Positions 42,848-54,200 of a DNA stretch of 64,000 bases are shown one piece after another (within the stretch, counting starts at the first letter, position 1; the number at the start of each line of letters is the position of its first letter). The notes beneath the pieces were generated by a model that did not search any database, had not been told where the DNA came from, and was given only the letters and a program-made list of their open reading frames with translations. The position numbers and the translations under genes were made by a program. The stretch is from an uncultured Planctomycetota bacterium (GTDB taxonomy: Bacteria; Planctomycetota; Planctomycetia; Isosphaerales; Isosphaeraceae): contig CAWGMQ010000010.1 of the NCBI GenBank assembly GCA_963823665.1, positions 1,056,001 through 1,120,000 of the forward strand, written 5' to 3'.

Positions 42848-44177
42848 TCAGCCGATCTCATATGGCGCGCGCTGGGGTCGAGAAAGCAGGGCATTGGCCT
42901 CGGAGTCGCCGGTGATTTCTTCCTTCGCTGGATCCCAGGTGAGCTTCTGACGACCGAGTCGCAGCGCGATATTCGCCAGGTGGCACGTGGTGAGCGCCCG
43001 GTGGTGCGACCAGACGTCGGAAACGGGCTCCGAGCGGTCGCGGATGCACTCGAAGAAATTGGCCATATGGCCATCCACAGTCTTGCCTTTGCGCAGCTCC
43101 TTCAGAAGCGACTCGGGAACGGGGTTTTTGTAGAGCGCATCCACCGCGCCGCCGTCGAGGTCGATCCGGTCGCGAGTGACAAAGATGTGGCCACTTGAGC
43201 CTTCGATCTTGACGCCGTTCTCGAGGTCGTGGCGGATATCCAAGACGATGCCGCCTGCAAAGCGGGCGCGGAACAGGAACTCGGTGGCGGTGTTGTAGCG
43301 ATCGTCGACAGTCGGGTAGCCAGCTTTGAATTCGACCGGAAGCACACCCTTCACAACCTCAATACTGTTCGGTCCGGAATTGTCCATGCCGATGGCCCAC
43401 TGGCCGATGTCGACGTGGTGGGCGCCCCAGTCGGTGAGCTTGCCTCCGGAGTATTCATACCACCAGCGAAACTCGGCGTGGCAGCGCTTCGTACGATAAG
43501 CGACCTTGGGCGCCTGGCCGAGCCACATGTCCCAATTCAGCTCGGAAGGGGGATCGACCGCGGGGAACGGGCCGCCCGAGGGCCCGCCGCCGATGGACGC
43601 GGTGACCTTGCGGACCTTGCCGATCCGGCCGTCCCGCACCATGGCAACGGCGAGCAGGAACACGCGGTTGTGGTCGCTTCGCTGCTGCGTGCCGACCTGC
43701 ACCACGCGTTTGGTTTCCTTCGCGACCTGGCCGAGCTTCTTGCCTTCGTCAATCGTGAGGGTGAGCGGCTTCTCGCAATAGATGTCCTTGCCTGCGCATG
43801 GCGTCGATGCAGATCTTGGTGTGCCAGTGGTCGGGCGTGCCGACGATGACGGCGTCAATGTCGTTGCGGTCGAGGAGCTTGTGGTAGTCCTCGTACACGT
43901 CGGCTTTTCCCTTGCCGATGCGCCGGTCGTTCTTGGCTTTTTCGGCGTGCTTGCGGTCAACGTCGCAGACGGCCAGGAAATCGCCGTGGCCGCTTGCACC
44001 GTGCGCATCGCCCGAGCCTTGCCCGCCCGCGCCGATCAAGCCGAGTCGCGGCCGGTCGTTCTTGGCCCTTGTCTCGTCGCCCACGGCGCGCCCGAAAGGC
44101 GCGAGGAACGGTAAGAGCGCGGGGCTGCTCGCCGATACACGAAGGAAATCGCGGCGGTTGCGGTTGCGGGGGCTCAT
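42848..44177 (-). CDS. Gfo/Idh/MocA family oxidoreductase with Tat signal; frameshift at ~43795
   Basis: [20 protein letters not shown] / [25 protein letters not shown]. Confidence 0.9.
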
Positions 44178-44441
44178 CGTGATTATTCCTCGAGCAAAAG
44201 GATGACCCGGCCGGGCTCGCACGTGCCACGCGCTCCGGGGCCACGGCCTTGATCGTTGAATTCGAGTTTAACGTCCAGATGGCGCTAAGGAAATGAGGAT
44301 GCGGATTGTGCAGGACGACCGGCAGAGCCGAAGCCGACGCCAGCGAACCGGCTCCACTGTGGAGCTGAGGGCGACCACGGCAGCGCTGTTCTTGGACGCG
44401 GAGGTTGATATCATCCTTGATGAACGCGATTCATCTCATCG

Positions 44442-46685
44442 TTGAGGCTCCACGTGCAGTTGAACCCGGCATCGTTGCCGTTCTTCGTGGCTGCGGCCCT
44501 GTCGGGCTGGCTGGTCGTTCTTGCCTGGCCGCGGCGCAACGAGCCTGCGGCGCCTCCCCTCCTCTCGCTGGTCCTGTTCGAAGGGCTCTGGGCCTTGTGC
44601 GAGGCGCTCGAAGCAGTCCTGCTCGACCCGTCGGCGAAGGCCGTGATCTACGGCTTGAAGCTCTCGTCGGTGGCCCTCGTGCCGCCTTCGCTCCTCTTCT
44701 TCATCCTGGAGTACACGGGCCGAACCGGCGCAGCGCCACCGCGCTTCAAAGTGCTGATCCTGGCGGTGCCTGCGATTTCCATCAGCCTGATCGCAACGTC
44801 CGGGGAACACCGGCTGTTCCTGGCGGGCATGGAACAGGTCGATGTCGGAGGCTACCAATTGCTGAGCCCCAGGTACGGCCCTGCGTTCTGGATTCACACG
44901 AGCTATTCCTATGCCCTCTTGTGCTTGTCTGCGTGGCTGCTCGCCCGCTCGGCGCTGGCACTGGGCGGGGTGCTCAGGAAGCAGATGCTGTTCTTGTCGG
45001 CATGCCTGCTCATCCCCCTGGTCATCAACGTAGCGGACATGCTGAAGATCATCCCGCTACCCTATCGAGAGTATGACCTGACGGCAGCCACGTTCGTGGT
45101 GACGGGCGTGCTCGGCTTTGTGCTGTTGCGGCGGTTCCACCTCATCAACGTCGCTCCCGTCAGCTATTCACTGGTTGTGCAGGAGATGCTCGACGCGATC
45201 ATCGTGCTTGACGCCTCGCGGCGAATCGCGGGCGTGAACCGCGCTGCCCTTCGCCTGATGAGGCGCCTTGATAAGGACATCATCGGACTCCCCAGCGAAT
45301 TGATTCCGGCATGGCTGCAGATCCCCGAGCACCTTTCGCGACTGGAAGGAGCCGCCGAGCTGTCGTATCGCCTCGGTGTGGACTCGCGCGATTCCGGGTA
45401 CGTCTACGATGTCCGAGTCTCTCGTTTTCCGCACGGCCGCGAACCGGGATGGCTGATCATCATTCGCGACATCTCGGCCCAATCGCGGGCGGAATCAGAG
45501 CAGACTGCCCGGATCGCGGCCGAGCAGGCCAATCTGGCCAAGGACGCATTCCTGGCCAAGCTGGGCCATGAGTTGCGGACACCGCTGACGCCGGTGCTGG
45601 CGATTGTTTCCGGCGCCCTCGATCAAGGCCCGGTCGCTGCGGAATTGCGATCCTCCCTCGAGATCGTGCAGAGAAATGTCCGTCTCGAGGCGCGTTTGAT
45701 CGACGACCTGCTCGACCAGAGCTTGATATCGCTGGGGAAGCTGCGGCTGCGGACGGAGCTCGTCGATGCGCATGTGCTCCTCCGTCAGAGTCTGGAGGAC
45801 TGCGCACCGTTCCTCCGGGAGGCCAACCTCATCGCGCGGCTCGATCTCTCCGCGACGGATAGCCGGATCGCCGCCGACCCCGGCCGACTCGGGCAAGTCT
45901 TCTGGAACCTGATCACCAACGCGGCGAGAAACTCGCCTGCTGGACGTCAGCTCACGATCCGCACGCGAAACAACCCGCCAGGCTCCCTCGCGATCGAATT
46001 CCAGGACGAGGGCCGCGGCCTCAAGGCTTCGCAGTTGGACGAGATCTTCGAGCCTTTCATCCAGGGCACAGCCGATGGTGCCGAACGACGTCCGGGCCTG
46101 GGCCTGGGGCTATCGATCGGCCGGTGGATCGTCGAAGCCCACGGGGGAACGCTTGTTGCGGAGAGTCCGGGCCCCGGGAGAGGATCCACTTTCCGAATCG
46201 TCCTGCGTACCGCAGATGTCACCGAGGTCACGACGCTCGATCAACCGAGGGCGAGCGGCGCGACCGCCCTTCTGCCCGCCGCGGTCGAGCCCGACGGGGA
46301 CGGCAAGTCCCGGATGGCCACAACGATCCTCCTGGTTGAGGACAATCCCGATTCCCTGCGCGCCCTCTCGATGTCGCTGTCGCTGCTCGGCTACAAGGTT
46401 CGACCTGCAAACAGCCTGAGAACGGCTTTGGCCGCCGCCGAGAATGGAGGATACGATCTGATCTTGAGCGACCTTGAACTGGGCGACGGGACGGGCCTTG
46501 AGCTATTGCGTTCGATGGGCCCGGGGCGTTCCGCCCCGGCGATCGCCATCACTGGTTACGGCTCCGAGGAAGACCGGCAGATGTGCCTGGAGGCGGGCTT
46601 CGTGACGCACCTGATCAAGCCGGTTGAGACCAGGCAACTGGACGAGGCGATTCGGAGTGTCATCCAAAAGCATTCGATCAATTAG
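44442..46685 (+). CDS. Hybrid sensor histidine kinase (7TM-type N-terminus, PAS, HisKA, HATPase, receiver)
   Basis: Seven hydrophobic segments; LGHELRTPL, NLITNA, GLGLGLSI; ILLVEDN, DLILSD, LIKP. Confidence 0.92.
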   Translation: MRLHVQLNPASLPFFVAAALSGWLVVLAWPRRNEPAAPPLLSLVLFEGLWALCEALEAVLLDPSAKAVIYGLKLSSVALVPPSLLFFILEYTGRTGAAPPRFKVLILAVPAISISLIATSGEHRLFLAGMEQVDVGGYQLLSPRYGPAFWIHTSYSYALLCLSAWLLARSALALGGVLRKQMLFLSACLLIPLVINVADMLKIIPLPYREYDLTAATFVVTGVLGFVLLRRFHLINVAPVSYSLVVQEMLDAIIVLDASRRIAGVNRAALRLMRRLDKDIIGLPSELIPAWLQIPEHLSRLEGAAELSYRLGVDSRDSGYVYDVRVSRFPHGREPGWLIIIRDISAQSRAESEQTARIAAEQANLAKDAFLAKLGHELRTPLTPVLAIVSGALDQGPVAAELRSSLEIVQRNVRLEARLIDDLLDQSLISLGKLRLRTELVDAHVLLRQSLEDCAPFLREANLIARLDLSATDSRIAADPGRLGQVFWNLITNAARNSPAGRQLTIRTRNNPPGSLAIEFQDEGRGLKASQLDEIFEPFIQGTADGAERRPGLGLGLSIGRWIVEAHGGTLVAESPGPGRGSTFRIVLRTADVTEVTTLDQPRASGATALLPAAVEPDGDGKSRMATTILLVEDNPDSLRALSMSLSLLGYKVRPANSLRTALAAAENGGYDLILSDLELGDGTGLELLRSMGPGRSAPAIAITGYGSEEDRQMCLEAGFVTHLIKPVETRQLDEAIRSVIQKHSIN

Positions 46686-46865
46686 CCGGAGTGATCACAC
46701 ACCCACGCCTCCGAGCCTTCCTGCCTCGTGTCGCCGGCGAACGACGCGCTATTTCGAGACGATGGGTGGCCGGGTGTTTGGCTGGCAACGCGTGGAGCCC
46801 GAGCCCGGCGCAACGTATGATGCGCACTGGCTCATGGAATATTCCACTTCCACAAGGCATGTAAG

Positions 46866-47999
46866 ATGAAAGCCACGAGCAAGCTCCGAAGCGCCGCGCA
46901 CCTGGCCATGGTTCTGATGACAGTCACCGCATCCTCGGGTGCACAAGAGGTAACCCGTTGGGCAGGTGAGGCGGAAGGCTTCCTCAATCGCCGACCGGAC
47001 CCGGCGATTTCGGGGACAAGCCTTCGGGGCGTGCGTTCGATACGACTCGCAGGTCAATCCCCGACCGCCGGCGCCAGGCGCGGCAATCGCGGCAAGACCG
47101 CGAATTCGCCCAACCCCGCCTCGAAGCTCGATGGCCGAATCATGTTCCACCGCTACTCGAATTACGATGCCTGGGACGGCCGCCTCTATCTGTACGACTT
47201 CAGGACGAAGCGGCTCAGATGCCTCAGCGAACTCTGGGAGATCGACCACGCCATCAACGGCAATTTCTCCCCTGACGGCAAACAGATCGTCTTCATGGGA
47301 GTTCCTCGAGGCCAACATCGCGGCGATGCGTGGAATGTCTACCTGTGGAAAGTGGACAGCCGGGCGAAACCCATCAATCTCACCGAGGAAGCCGGCACGC
47401 GAGATGAGGATCCACGGTTCGCACCGGACGGCAAGCGAATCGTCTTCAAGCACGATGGCGAGCTGCGGATCATGGATCTCACGACCCGGGAGATCGAGTC
47501 CATTCCGTTTGGCGGTGCGAGAGCCGAGCGATCGATGCCGATGTTCACGCCGGATGGCGAACAAATCATCTACGCCGAGGGAGCACGCAAAGATTCGGAT
47601 CTGTTTCTGGTCGAGGTAGCCAACGGCACGCGGCGCCCTCTCGCGATCGAGCCGGAGCTCCAGGAATACTTCCCTGTGCCGCTTGACGCCTCCCACTTGC
47701 TATACGTGCGCTGGACGAGCCGGGCAGACCATCACGATCAGGTCTGGATCAGTTCGCTGGATGGTCGAACACGCGGGCCGCTCCCTTTCAATCAGCCCGG
47801 GTCGAACAGCTCCGACCCTTATCCTATTGACGACCGCCTCGTCGTCTTTTCGAGCACTCGCGCAGGAGGGCAGGGCGGGTATGACCTGTATCTTGGCGAT
47901 CGAGAGGATGGAGCAAGCTGGTCGCTCTCCTCGCTGGGAATCAACAGCGGTCAGGAAGAGCTGGGTGTGTGCTACGATCGAGGGCCGGTGAAGAAGTAA
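46866..47999 (+). CDS. TolB-like / PD40 beta-propeller protein
   Basis: FSPDGKQIVF, PRFAPDGKRIVF, FTPDGEQIIY, FSSTRAGGQGGYDLY. Confidence 0.85.
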   Translation: MKATSKLRSAAHLAMVLMTVTASSGAQEVTRWAGEAEGFLNRRPDPAISGTSLRGVRSIRLAGQSPTAGARRGNRGKTANSPNPASKLDGRIMFHRYSNYDAWDGRLYLYDFRTKRLRCLSELWEIDHAINGNFSPDGKQIVFMGVPRGQHRGDAWNVYLWKVDSRAKPINLTEEAGTRDEDPRFAPDGKRIVFKHDGELRIMDLTTREIESIPFGGARAERSMPMFTPDGEQIIYAEGARKDSDLFLVEVANGTRRPLAIEPELQEYFPVPLDASHLLYVRWTSRADHHDQVWISSLDGRTRGPLPFNQPGSNSSDPYPIDDRLVVFSSTRAGGQGGYDLYLGDREDGASWSLSSLGINSGQEELGVCYDRGPVKK

Positions 48000-48550
48000 T
48001 GAGTCTCAGCGAGCCTTCAAGTAGCCCACGTAATCGAGACTACTATCGAATCCGCTGGCGGAGAGAATCTCGCCCTGAACGGCCGCGCGAAGCTTGCCCT
48101 TGAGCCGTCGCGCTCAAGCTTCAGGCGACGGCATCGGCGGTTCGGTTCCTGCGAACCACGCCGTGCAACTGAGGACTGTCGCCAGTTCCGGCGCTCCCTG
48201 CGAGGCGTCATGGGTCGCCTCGCACCGCGGCCAAGCCTGCGGCGTGGACCAGCCGGGCTTTTCGACGCGGCCGATGCAGGTCGAGCGACATACGTCTTTG
48301 ACGCGTGCCGGGCTTGACGGACTTATTGGAAGTTGTCACTCCGGAGATGACCATCTTTCGGTCGCTGGCTCGATCAGAGGATTAACTCGGTGAGCCTTTC
48401 ATTCTTCGACGGCTTCGAAGCGCTTTATGGATGTCGAACGCGTGCTAGCCGAAGTTGCGCGACTGGATCCGTGAAGCCGATGGAAACGTCTGGCACCAGC
48501 CCGCGCCCGGTTCCGAAAACATTCGGATTTTTGAACAACAGGAGCATGAT

Positions 48551-50122
48551 ATGCCCGCGAAATGGACAACAATCTCGCTACCCAATAATTCGGCAGGCTT
48601 GCCGTTCACCGCTGACACGATGATTCTGCTCACCGATGGCTCGGTACTGATCCACCACGCCGAAAATCCGGCGCCGCAAAAAGACTGGTTGCGGTACAGT
48701 CCGGATCCAAAAATGGGATACGCAGCCGGTCAGTGGAGTCAAACGCCAATCACGATGACCCACGCGCGGCAATTCTTCTCTTCCGGTGTGCTGAAGGATG
48801 GACGCGTCTTCGCGATCGGCGGCGAGTATTCCGATGCCGGCGACGACAGTCCGCTCGGTGAAATCTTCGACCCAGTAACCAACGTGTGGTCACCGCTGAA
48901 TAAGCCCTCGACCTTCAACTACATCCAGGGAGACATTGCGGCGAGCGTACTCGCCGATGGGCGAGTCATCATGGGCGCGATCCTGGCGCAGCCGACTGCA
49001 CTAGGTTCGGCTACAGCGAATTCGGCCATCTGGGATCCGGCAGCGAACACCTGGACGCAAGCCGGGACCCATTTTGGCACGACTGGCGATACCAAGGACG
49101 GCATTCCAACCGATGAAGAAACCTGGACCCTTCTGGCCGATGGCAGCCTGTTGACCGTGGAAGTTTCGCCGACCAAGGGCGGAGCAAACGCGGCGGAGAG
49201 ATACCTTCCTGCGACCGATGAATGGGTGAAGGCCGGCAACACTCCGCATCCGCTGGTGGTCGCGTCCATCAAGGGCACCTCGGTCGAGGAGATTGGCCCG
49301 GCGATCCTGCTCCCGGATGGAAAGCTCTTTGCAATCGGTGCGACGGGGAACACCGCGATCTTCAATCTGCGCACAGGCACGTGGACGCAGGGACCAAGCT
49401 TCCCCAAGGACACGAGCGCCTCGCCGCTCCAAACGCTTCAGACCGCGATCGACGCACCGGCCGTGCTGCAGCCGAGCGGCAAGGTCATTTGCGTGGCGGG
49501 GAACACCATCAGCGAGACGTCTAACGGCCAAGTCAGCTATTGGTCGAACCCGACGACGTTTTATGAGTTCGATCCGAAGACGTTCAACGCGGCGAACCCG
49601 GGAACTTTGCCGCAGCTCGCGGTGCAGCCTCCCATCGGCTCGAACAGCGGCGATACATGGGAGGCTCGCTTTCTGCTTCTGCCGACCGGCGAGGTTCTCT
49701 ACTCGGCACAATCCAACGCGATTTATCTCTATACGCCAGACCCGGCCGACACTCCCGACCCGTCGTGGAAGCCGGTCATCGCGACATTTCCGTCGACCAT
49801 GGCGCCGGGCCAGGTGTACACGATCACGGGTACGCAATTCAACGGTCTCTCGCAAGCCTGCAGTTACGGCGACGATGCGCAGATGAGCACAAACTATCCC
49901 ATTGTGCGGCTAACCAGCACCACGGACCGGTCGGTTGTTTATTTGCGCACGTTCAACTTCTCGATCATGGGCGTCGCAACAGGCTCAACAGTCGTGAGCA
50001 CGAATGTCGAGGTTCCACGATCCATCGCCCCGGGGCAGTGGAATATGGCAGTGATCGCGAACGGAATCGCATCGGACCCGTATCTCGTTTGTGTCGCCCT
50101 TTCGAGTTGGCCAGCGCGCTGA
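48551..50122 (+). CDS. Kelch / galactose-oxidase-like beta-propeller protein
   Basis: GGAG RBS; repeated LxDGxV, GGEY, E(I/R)(F/Y)xP...W. Confidence 0.8.
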   Translation: MPAKWTTISLPNNSAGLPFTADTMILLTDGSVLIHHAENPAPQKDWLRYSPDPKMGYAAGQWSQTPITMTHARQFFSSGVLKDGRVFAIGGEYSDAGDDSPLGEIFDPVTNVWSPLNKPSTFNYIQGDIAASVLADGRVIMGAILAQPTALGSATANSAIWDPAANTWTQAGTHFGTTGDTKDGIPTDEETWTLLADGSLLTVEVSPTKGGANAAERYLPATDEWVKAGNTPHPLVVASIKGTSVEEIGPAILLPDGKLFAIGATGNTAIFNLRTGTWTQGPSFPKDTSASPLQTLQTAIDAPAVLQPSGKVICVAGNTISETSNGQVSYWSNPTTFYEFDPKTFNAANPGTLPQLAVQPPIGSNSGDTWEARFLLLPTGEVLYSAQSNAIYLYTPDPADTPDPSWKPVIATFPSTMAPGQVYTITGTQFNGLSQACSYGDDAQMSTNYPIVRLTSTTDRSVVYLRTFNFSIMGVATGSTVVSTNVEVPRSIAPGQWNMAVIANGIASDPYLVCVALSSWPAR

Positions 50123-50283
50123 ACTGGGACCGCCGGCTGCTGGTCGGTGACACCGCTCCCGAAGCGGAATCGCTGAAGCCCGGGAAGTTCCGGGGGGGGC
50201 GAGACTCCCGCTATCGACCACGCTTCGGTCGTGCGCTGGGACATCGCCCTCCTCTTGCCGCCGCGAGCTGGCTCGGCGAGAGC

Positions 50284-51564
50284 TTAACTCGAGGTCGAGT
50301 TAATTCGTGGCGGCGAGCATTGTTTGAGGAACTCCCGACCGCGTTTTGTCAGGACGTACTTGACGCTGACCCCATCGTCTTTATCGCGTTCGCGCACGAT
50401 AAGCCCAAGATCGTTCATGCGAGAAATCGCACCTGTCCGCTGCGACGCGAAAAACGACTTGCTGAGCTCCTGGGCACGGCTATCGTCCACGTACGCTTTG
50501 AGCGCTTTGTCGATCTTCTCGGGAGTTTTTTTTTGGGCCGCAACGGCTTCCAGGATCGCGCGGAAGGCGAAAACCTCATTTGGTACCGACCTGATGATGT
50601 GGTCGAGAAGGATCTTCTGCTCCGTCGGTGAAAACTTCTGGGTGGTATCAGATACCGAAGAGTCGAGCACCGGGTTCTTTAGCCTGGCAAATTCCCAGGC
50701 CACGCGCGTCGGAACGATCAATTTGTCGTCCTTTCTTGTTGTCACGACGCTCACGAACTTCAGGTCCCACATGAGCCCGGAAAGTTTCCCTCCGCCGTCC
50801 CGGTAGACGACGAATTGTCTGGCGTAGCGTGACCTCCCCTTGTGAGCGTCTTCGCCGGTGGTCCTCGGAAACGCGGTCGCCAACGCGTCGTCCCGCGATC
50901 GCTCTCGAGACCTGTCCAGCATCGCGAGGTAGTCGCCGAGTTTCGCGGCTTCTTCGGCGACACGGTTCGCCGTCTCACGGATCTCAAGGATGGGGAAACC
51001 CTTCGGGTGTTCCTCAACGAACAGCCGGATGAGCGCCCGAGCGTTCGCTTTTGCCGGCAGGAGTCGGTTGTACTGGCCGAGAACCCAGTGGTCTAACAGA
51101 ACGCGTTGCCCCGGACGCAACTTATCCGTGGGGAGACGAACCAATCCGTTTGGTGGCTCCATTGGAAACCTGTATAGCTTGAATGAATCGGGAACAGCAA
51201 GGTGCCGGGCGGAACTTGCGACCGCCGCCGGACGACTCTCATCGCCCTTTATCGAGTTGTTCGGGATGTCGGTTTCGTTGCGCCGAGTTCCTCGTTCGGC
51301 CTCAGGCACGAGTACCGGTGCCGTTGGCCCTGGCTCGCCCATCACGGCCATGAACGAGACCGCCCCGTCTGGCGAGGTCAGTTTCTGCTGGGGCGCGGAG
51401 CGATTGATGACAATCGGCCCTGTCTCCGCAACTTCTTGCTCCATGAGGGCTTGGTTTCTGACTGCGGCGACAATCACCTCTCCGTAGTCGCGGTATGATC
51501 CCTTCGCAACCAATCGATCCAGCTCGTCTCTCGTTGCCGATGGACACTCGAAGCAGATGATCAT
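50284..51564 (-). CDS. Uncharacterised putative DNA-binding protein (N-terminal ribbon-helix-helix-like, C-terminal winged-helix-like)
   Basis: ELDRLVAKGSYRDYGEVIVAAVR; GAISRMNDLGLIVR...YVLTKRGREFL; alternative start at 51594. Confidence 0.65.
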   Translation of the reverse strand: MIICFECPSATRDELDRLVAKGSYRDYGEVIVAAVRNQALMEQEVAETGPIVINRSAPQQKLTSPDGAVSFMAVMGEPGPTAPVLVPEAERGTRRNETDIPNNSIKGDESRPAAVASSARHLAVPDSFKLYRFPMEPPNGLVRLPTDKLRPGQRVLLDHWVLGQYNRLLPAKANARALIRLFVEEHPKGFPILEIRETANRVAEEAAKLGDYLAMLDRSRERSRDDALATAFPRTTGEDAHKGRSRYARQFVVYRDGGGKLSGLMWDLKFVSVVTTRKDDKLIVPTRVAWEFARLKNPVLDSSVSDTTQKFSPTEQKILLDHIIRSVPNEVFAFRAILEAVAAQKKTPEKIDKALKAYVDDSRAQELSKSFFASQRTGAISRMNDLGLIVRERDKDDGVSVKYVLTKRGREFLKQCSPPRINSTSS

Positions 51565-51614
51565 CTGACAGTCCTTTGCACCGCTCCAGAGCATGATTCC
51601 GCTTCAAAGCATTC

Positions 51615-51718
51615 TTACAGCAAAGGAATTCACGGTCCATGTCACTTCGCCAAACTGGCTACAGTAAAGTCGGAAACGAAAATGGTGTGCTTACTGTAAT
51701 CCGCTGTTCTACAGTAAA
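51615..51718. promoter_or_regulatory. Four copies of YTACAGYAA, operator-like
   Basis: TTACAGCAAA at 51615, CTACAGTAAA at 51659, inverted TTACTGTAA at 51691, CTACAGTAAA at 51709. Confidence 0.6.
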
Positions 51719-52053
51719 CGGATGGGCGAGCAGCTACGTTTCACTGCAACGCTTGGCCGCCAACTTTGAAATCCAAAGGAGTCGGCTTGACCAAAACGTT
51801 CCGGCCGAATATCGTTCGGGGCTGATGAGTGTCGCGAGACGATTCCGGACTGCCCGAATCATCTCAAGTGTTGCCTTCCCGCATGCGGGATTACCTGTCG
51901 GCGAGTTGCGCTTTCTTAGGAAACAAGGACTGCAAGCGTACCCACGATGCGAAGGCAACGCTCAAGAGTTTCAGACTCCATCAGCGAATGAGAGGGAATG
52001 GTCGGGTCCACGATCTGTCCTGCCACGACATCAACAACAAGGAGGAATAAACG

Positions 52054-52398
52054 ATGCTCGTTCGCAAAGTACAATTCGATCGCGCAGGCTGGGGCAAAGA
52101 CGCCTTCCGTTGCAGGTGTGGGGATTGGTCGTTTCTGATGATGTTCAGAGCGGGGCGTCCGATTACCCCGGTTGTGTTCGTCGACGGCGCAGAGATCTCG
52201 TTCCCATTTTTTTCCGAAGACCAACCTGTGCGCATCACGCGATATGGATGCACATTTGAGCTGGCCGCACTCCGCGGGCGGCGCGTCGGCCTGACGGGCG
52301 ACGGATGGGAGTTCGATCGTATTGAATCGCGATTTTGCACGCGCCGCGACGAGAAGCGGATCACGTCAACCAAGAAACTCCACCGCCCCGCTGGATAA
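52054..52398 (+). CDS. Small hypothetical protein
   Basis: 114-aa ORF with a strong AAGGAGGA RBS. Confidence 0.6.
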   Translation: MLVRKVQFDRAGWGKDAFRCRCGDWSFLMMFRAGRPITPVVFVDGAEISFPFFSEDQPVRITRYGCTFELAALRGRRVGLTGDGWEFDRIESRFCTRRDEKRITSTKKLHRPAG

Positions 52399-52403
52399 GG
52401 GGA

Positions 52404-52553
52404 CGAAGGGTACCTGCGGCTGGTGGCAGCGGCGCGGAACGTAATTGGAGCGGGCATGGTCATTTCTTCGCGGCGGCGGCCACCGCCATGCGGCACATCC
52501 TGGTCGAGCGCGCCCCCAAGAAGCAACGCGTGATCCACGGCGGCGGCCGCCGG
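52404..52553 (+). pseudogene. Fragment of a planctomycete ECF sigma factor (TIGR02999-like)
   Basis: EGYLRLV...WSGHGHFFAAAATAMRHILVERA.KK...HGGGRR; no start codon and no region 4. Confidence 0.75.
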
Positions 52554-52557
52554 CCAG

Positions 52558-52582
52558 GTTCAGGGAACACCATACATAACTC
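52558..52582. repeat. REP-like element GTTCAGGGAACACCATACATAACTC
   Basis: Inverse match to 39109-39123; abuts the end of the ECF fragment. Confidence 0.5.
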
Positions 52583-53023
52583 AGCGCCGCCCCCGGGCCC
52601 TGGTAGCCTGCCTCTGTTTCCGTCTTTGAAAAAAATAAAGAAGTCTGGAAGCCACTAGCCTATGGACCACGCTGGCAACCGCCGTAAAGTGGTAGTCAGG
52701 ATCAACTCGGGCTACGGGCACGAACGGAAAGCCGACACTGGGCTCTGAGCGGGCTCAAATCGTTGCCGTTCGGTCGGGACTCTCGTCGCAAATCACATCG
52801 CAGAATGCAAATGCGTTGCGCCTGAATTCTTCAACACGGCGAATCAGCAGAATCCGGCTGCGTCGCTGGTGTTGCAAAACCTGAGAGTTTTGCGAGGCGT
52901 CACCCGTCCACTTCCGCTCTGTCGGTTTCTTGTTCGATTACTGCCGGTACCCGAAATCCACCAGGTCGTGGGTGGTTTTGAAAAGCGCCCATGAGTGGCT
53001 GGCGTTTAGCGCCGGGTGCGACC

Positions 53024-54200
53024 ATGTTCGCAAGAGTTCTCCATAGACCGGCATTCGCGATCGTCATCTCTATCGTCCTCTTATTCCTGGGGATGCTGGG
53101 GATCAAGAACCTTCCGATCGCGCAGTTCCCCGACATCGCGCCGCCGACCGTCATGGTTTCCATTTCTTATCCCGGCGCCAGCGCAAATGTCCTGGTCGAA
53201 TCGGTTCTGATTCCGCTTGAGCAATCGATCAACGGCGTTCAGAACATGCGCTTCATTACCTCCTCCGCCATCAGTGCCGGCGAGGCAGCGATCATCATCT
53301 ACTTCGAGCCGGGCACGGACCCAAACATCAATGTCGTGAACGTGCAAAACCGGGTCAACATCGTGCTGTTCCAGCTCCCGCCCCTGGTGGTGCGGGACGG
53401 GATCCTCGTGAGCCAAGTCGTGCCGAGCATGCTGATGTACGTGAACATCTTCAGCACGGATCCAGACGCCGACCAGAAAGACCTTTTCAACTTTGCCAAC
53501 GTCTACGTCATGCCCCGGCTCAAGCGGATCAAAGGCATGGGCATCCCCAGGAATCTCGGCAATCGCATCTTTGCCATGCGGGTTTGGCTGAATCCCGACC
53601 GGATGCGTGCCTACAAATTGTTGATCTCGAAGAAAAATGCCGCCGGTTGAGCAACGTGAAGCTCGAGTTCTTTGAACCGCCCGCGGTTCCCGGCTTTGGC
53701 ACCGCCGGGGGTATCTCCATGCTCGTCCTGGACAAGACGTTCTCCGCTGATTACCAGCGGCTTGGAGAGGTGACCGAGAAGTTCATGGCCGCCCTGAAAA
53801 AGCGCAAGGAGGTGACGAACCTGTTCACCTTCTACGCCGCCAACTATCCGCAGTACGGAGCTGGTCATCAACAACGACATGGCCATGCAGAAGGGCGTGT
53901 CGCTCCACGAGGCGGCCGTCGCAGGCGCAAAACTGCGCTTCCGGCCGATTCAGATGACCTCCTTCGCCTTCATCGCTGGTCTGCTTCCGCTGGTCGTGGC
54001 TACCGGCGCCGGGGCGATCGGAAACCGCACAATTGGCACCGCCGCAGCCGGCGGGATGCTCACGGGCACCTTGATTGGGGTTTTAGTCATTCCCGGCCTT
54101 TATTACTTGTTCGGTCGGATTGCCGACAAGCGGAACCTGATCAGCGACGAGGCGGACGAGCCTCTTAGTGAGGTTTTCGAACGCCAAGCAAACGAAGCAC
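53024..54200 (+). pseudogene. AcrB/HAE1-type RND permease with two large internal deletions and frameshifts
   Basis: LPIAQFPDIAPP...AMRVWLNPD, then PPAVPGFGTAGG...YPQY, then AKLRFRPIQMTSFAF; about 400 of the ~1050 expected residues. Confidence 0.85.

Noticed and set aside
52690..52900. Possible riboswitch upstream of the RND remnant
   Set aside because: No recognisable consensus or convincing stems by eye
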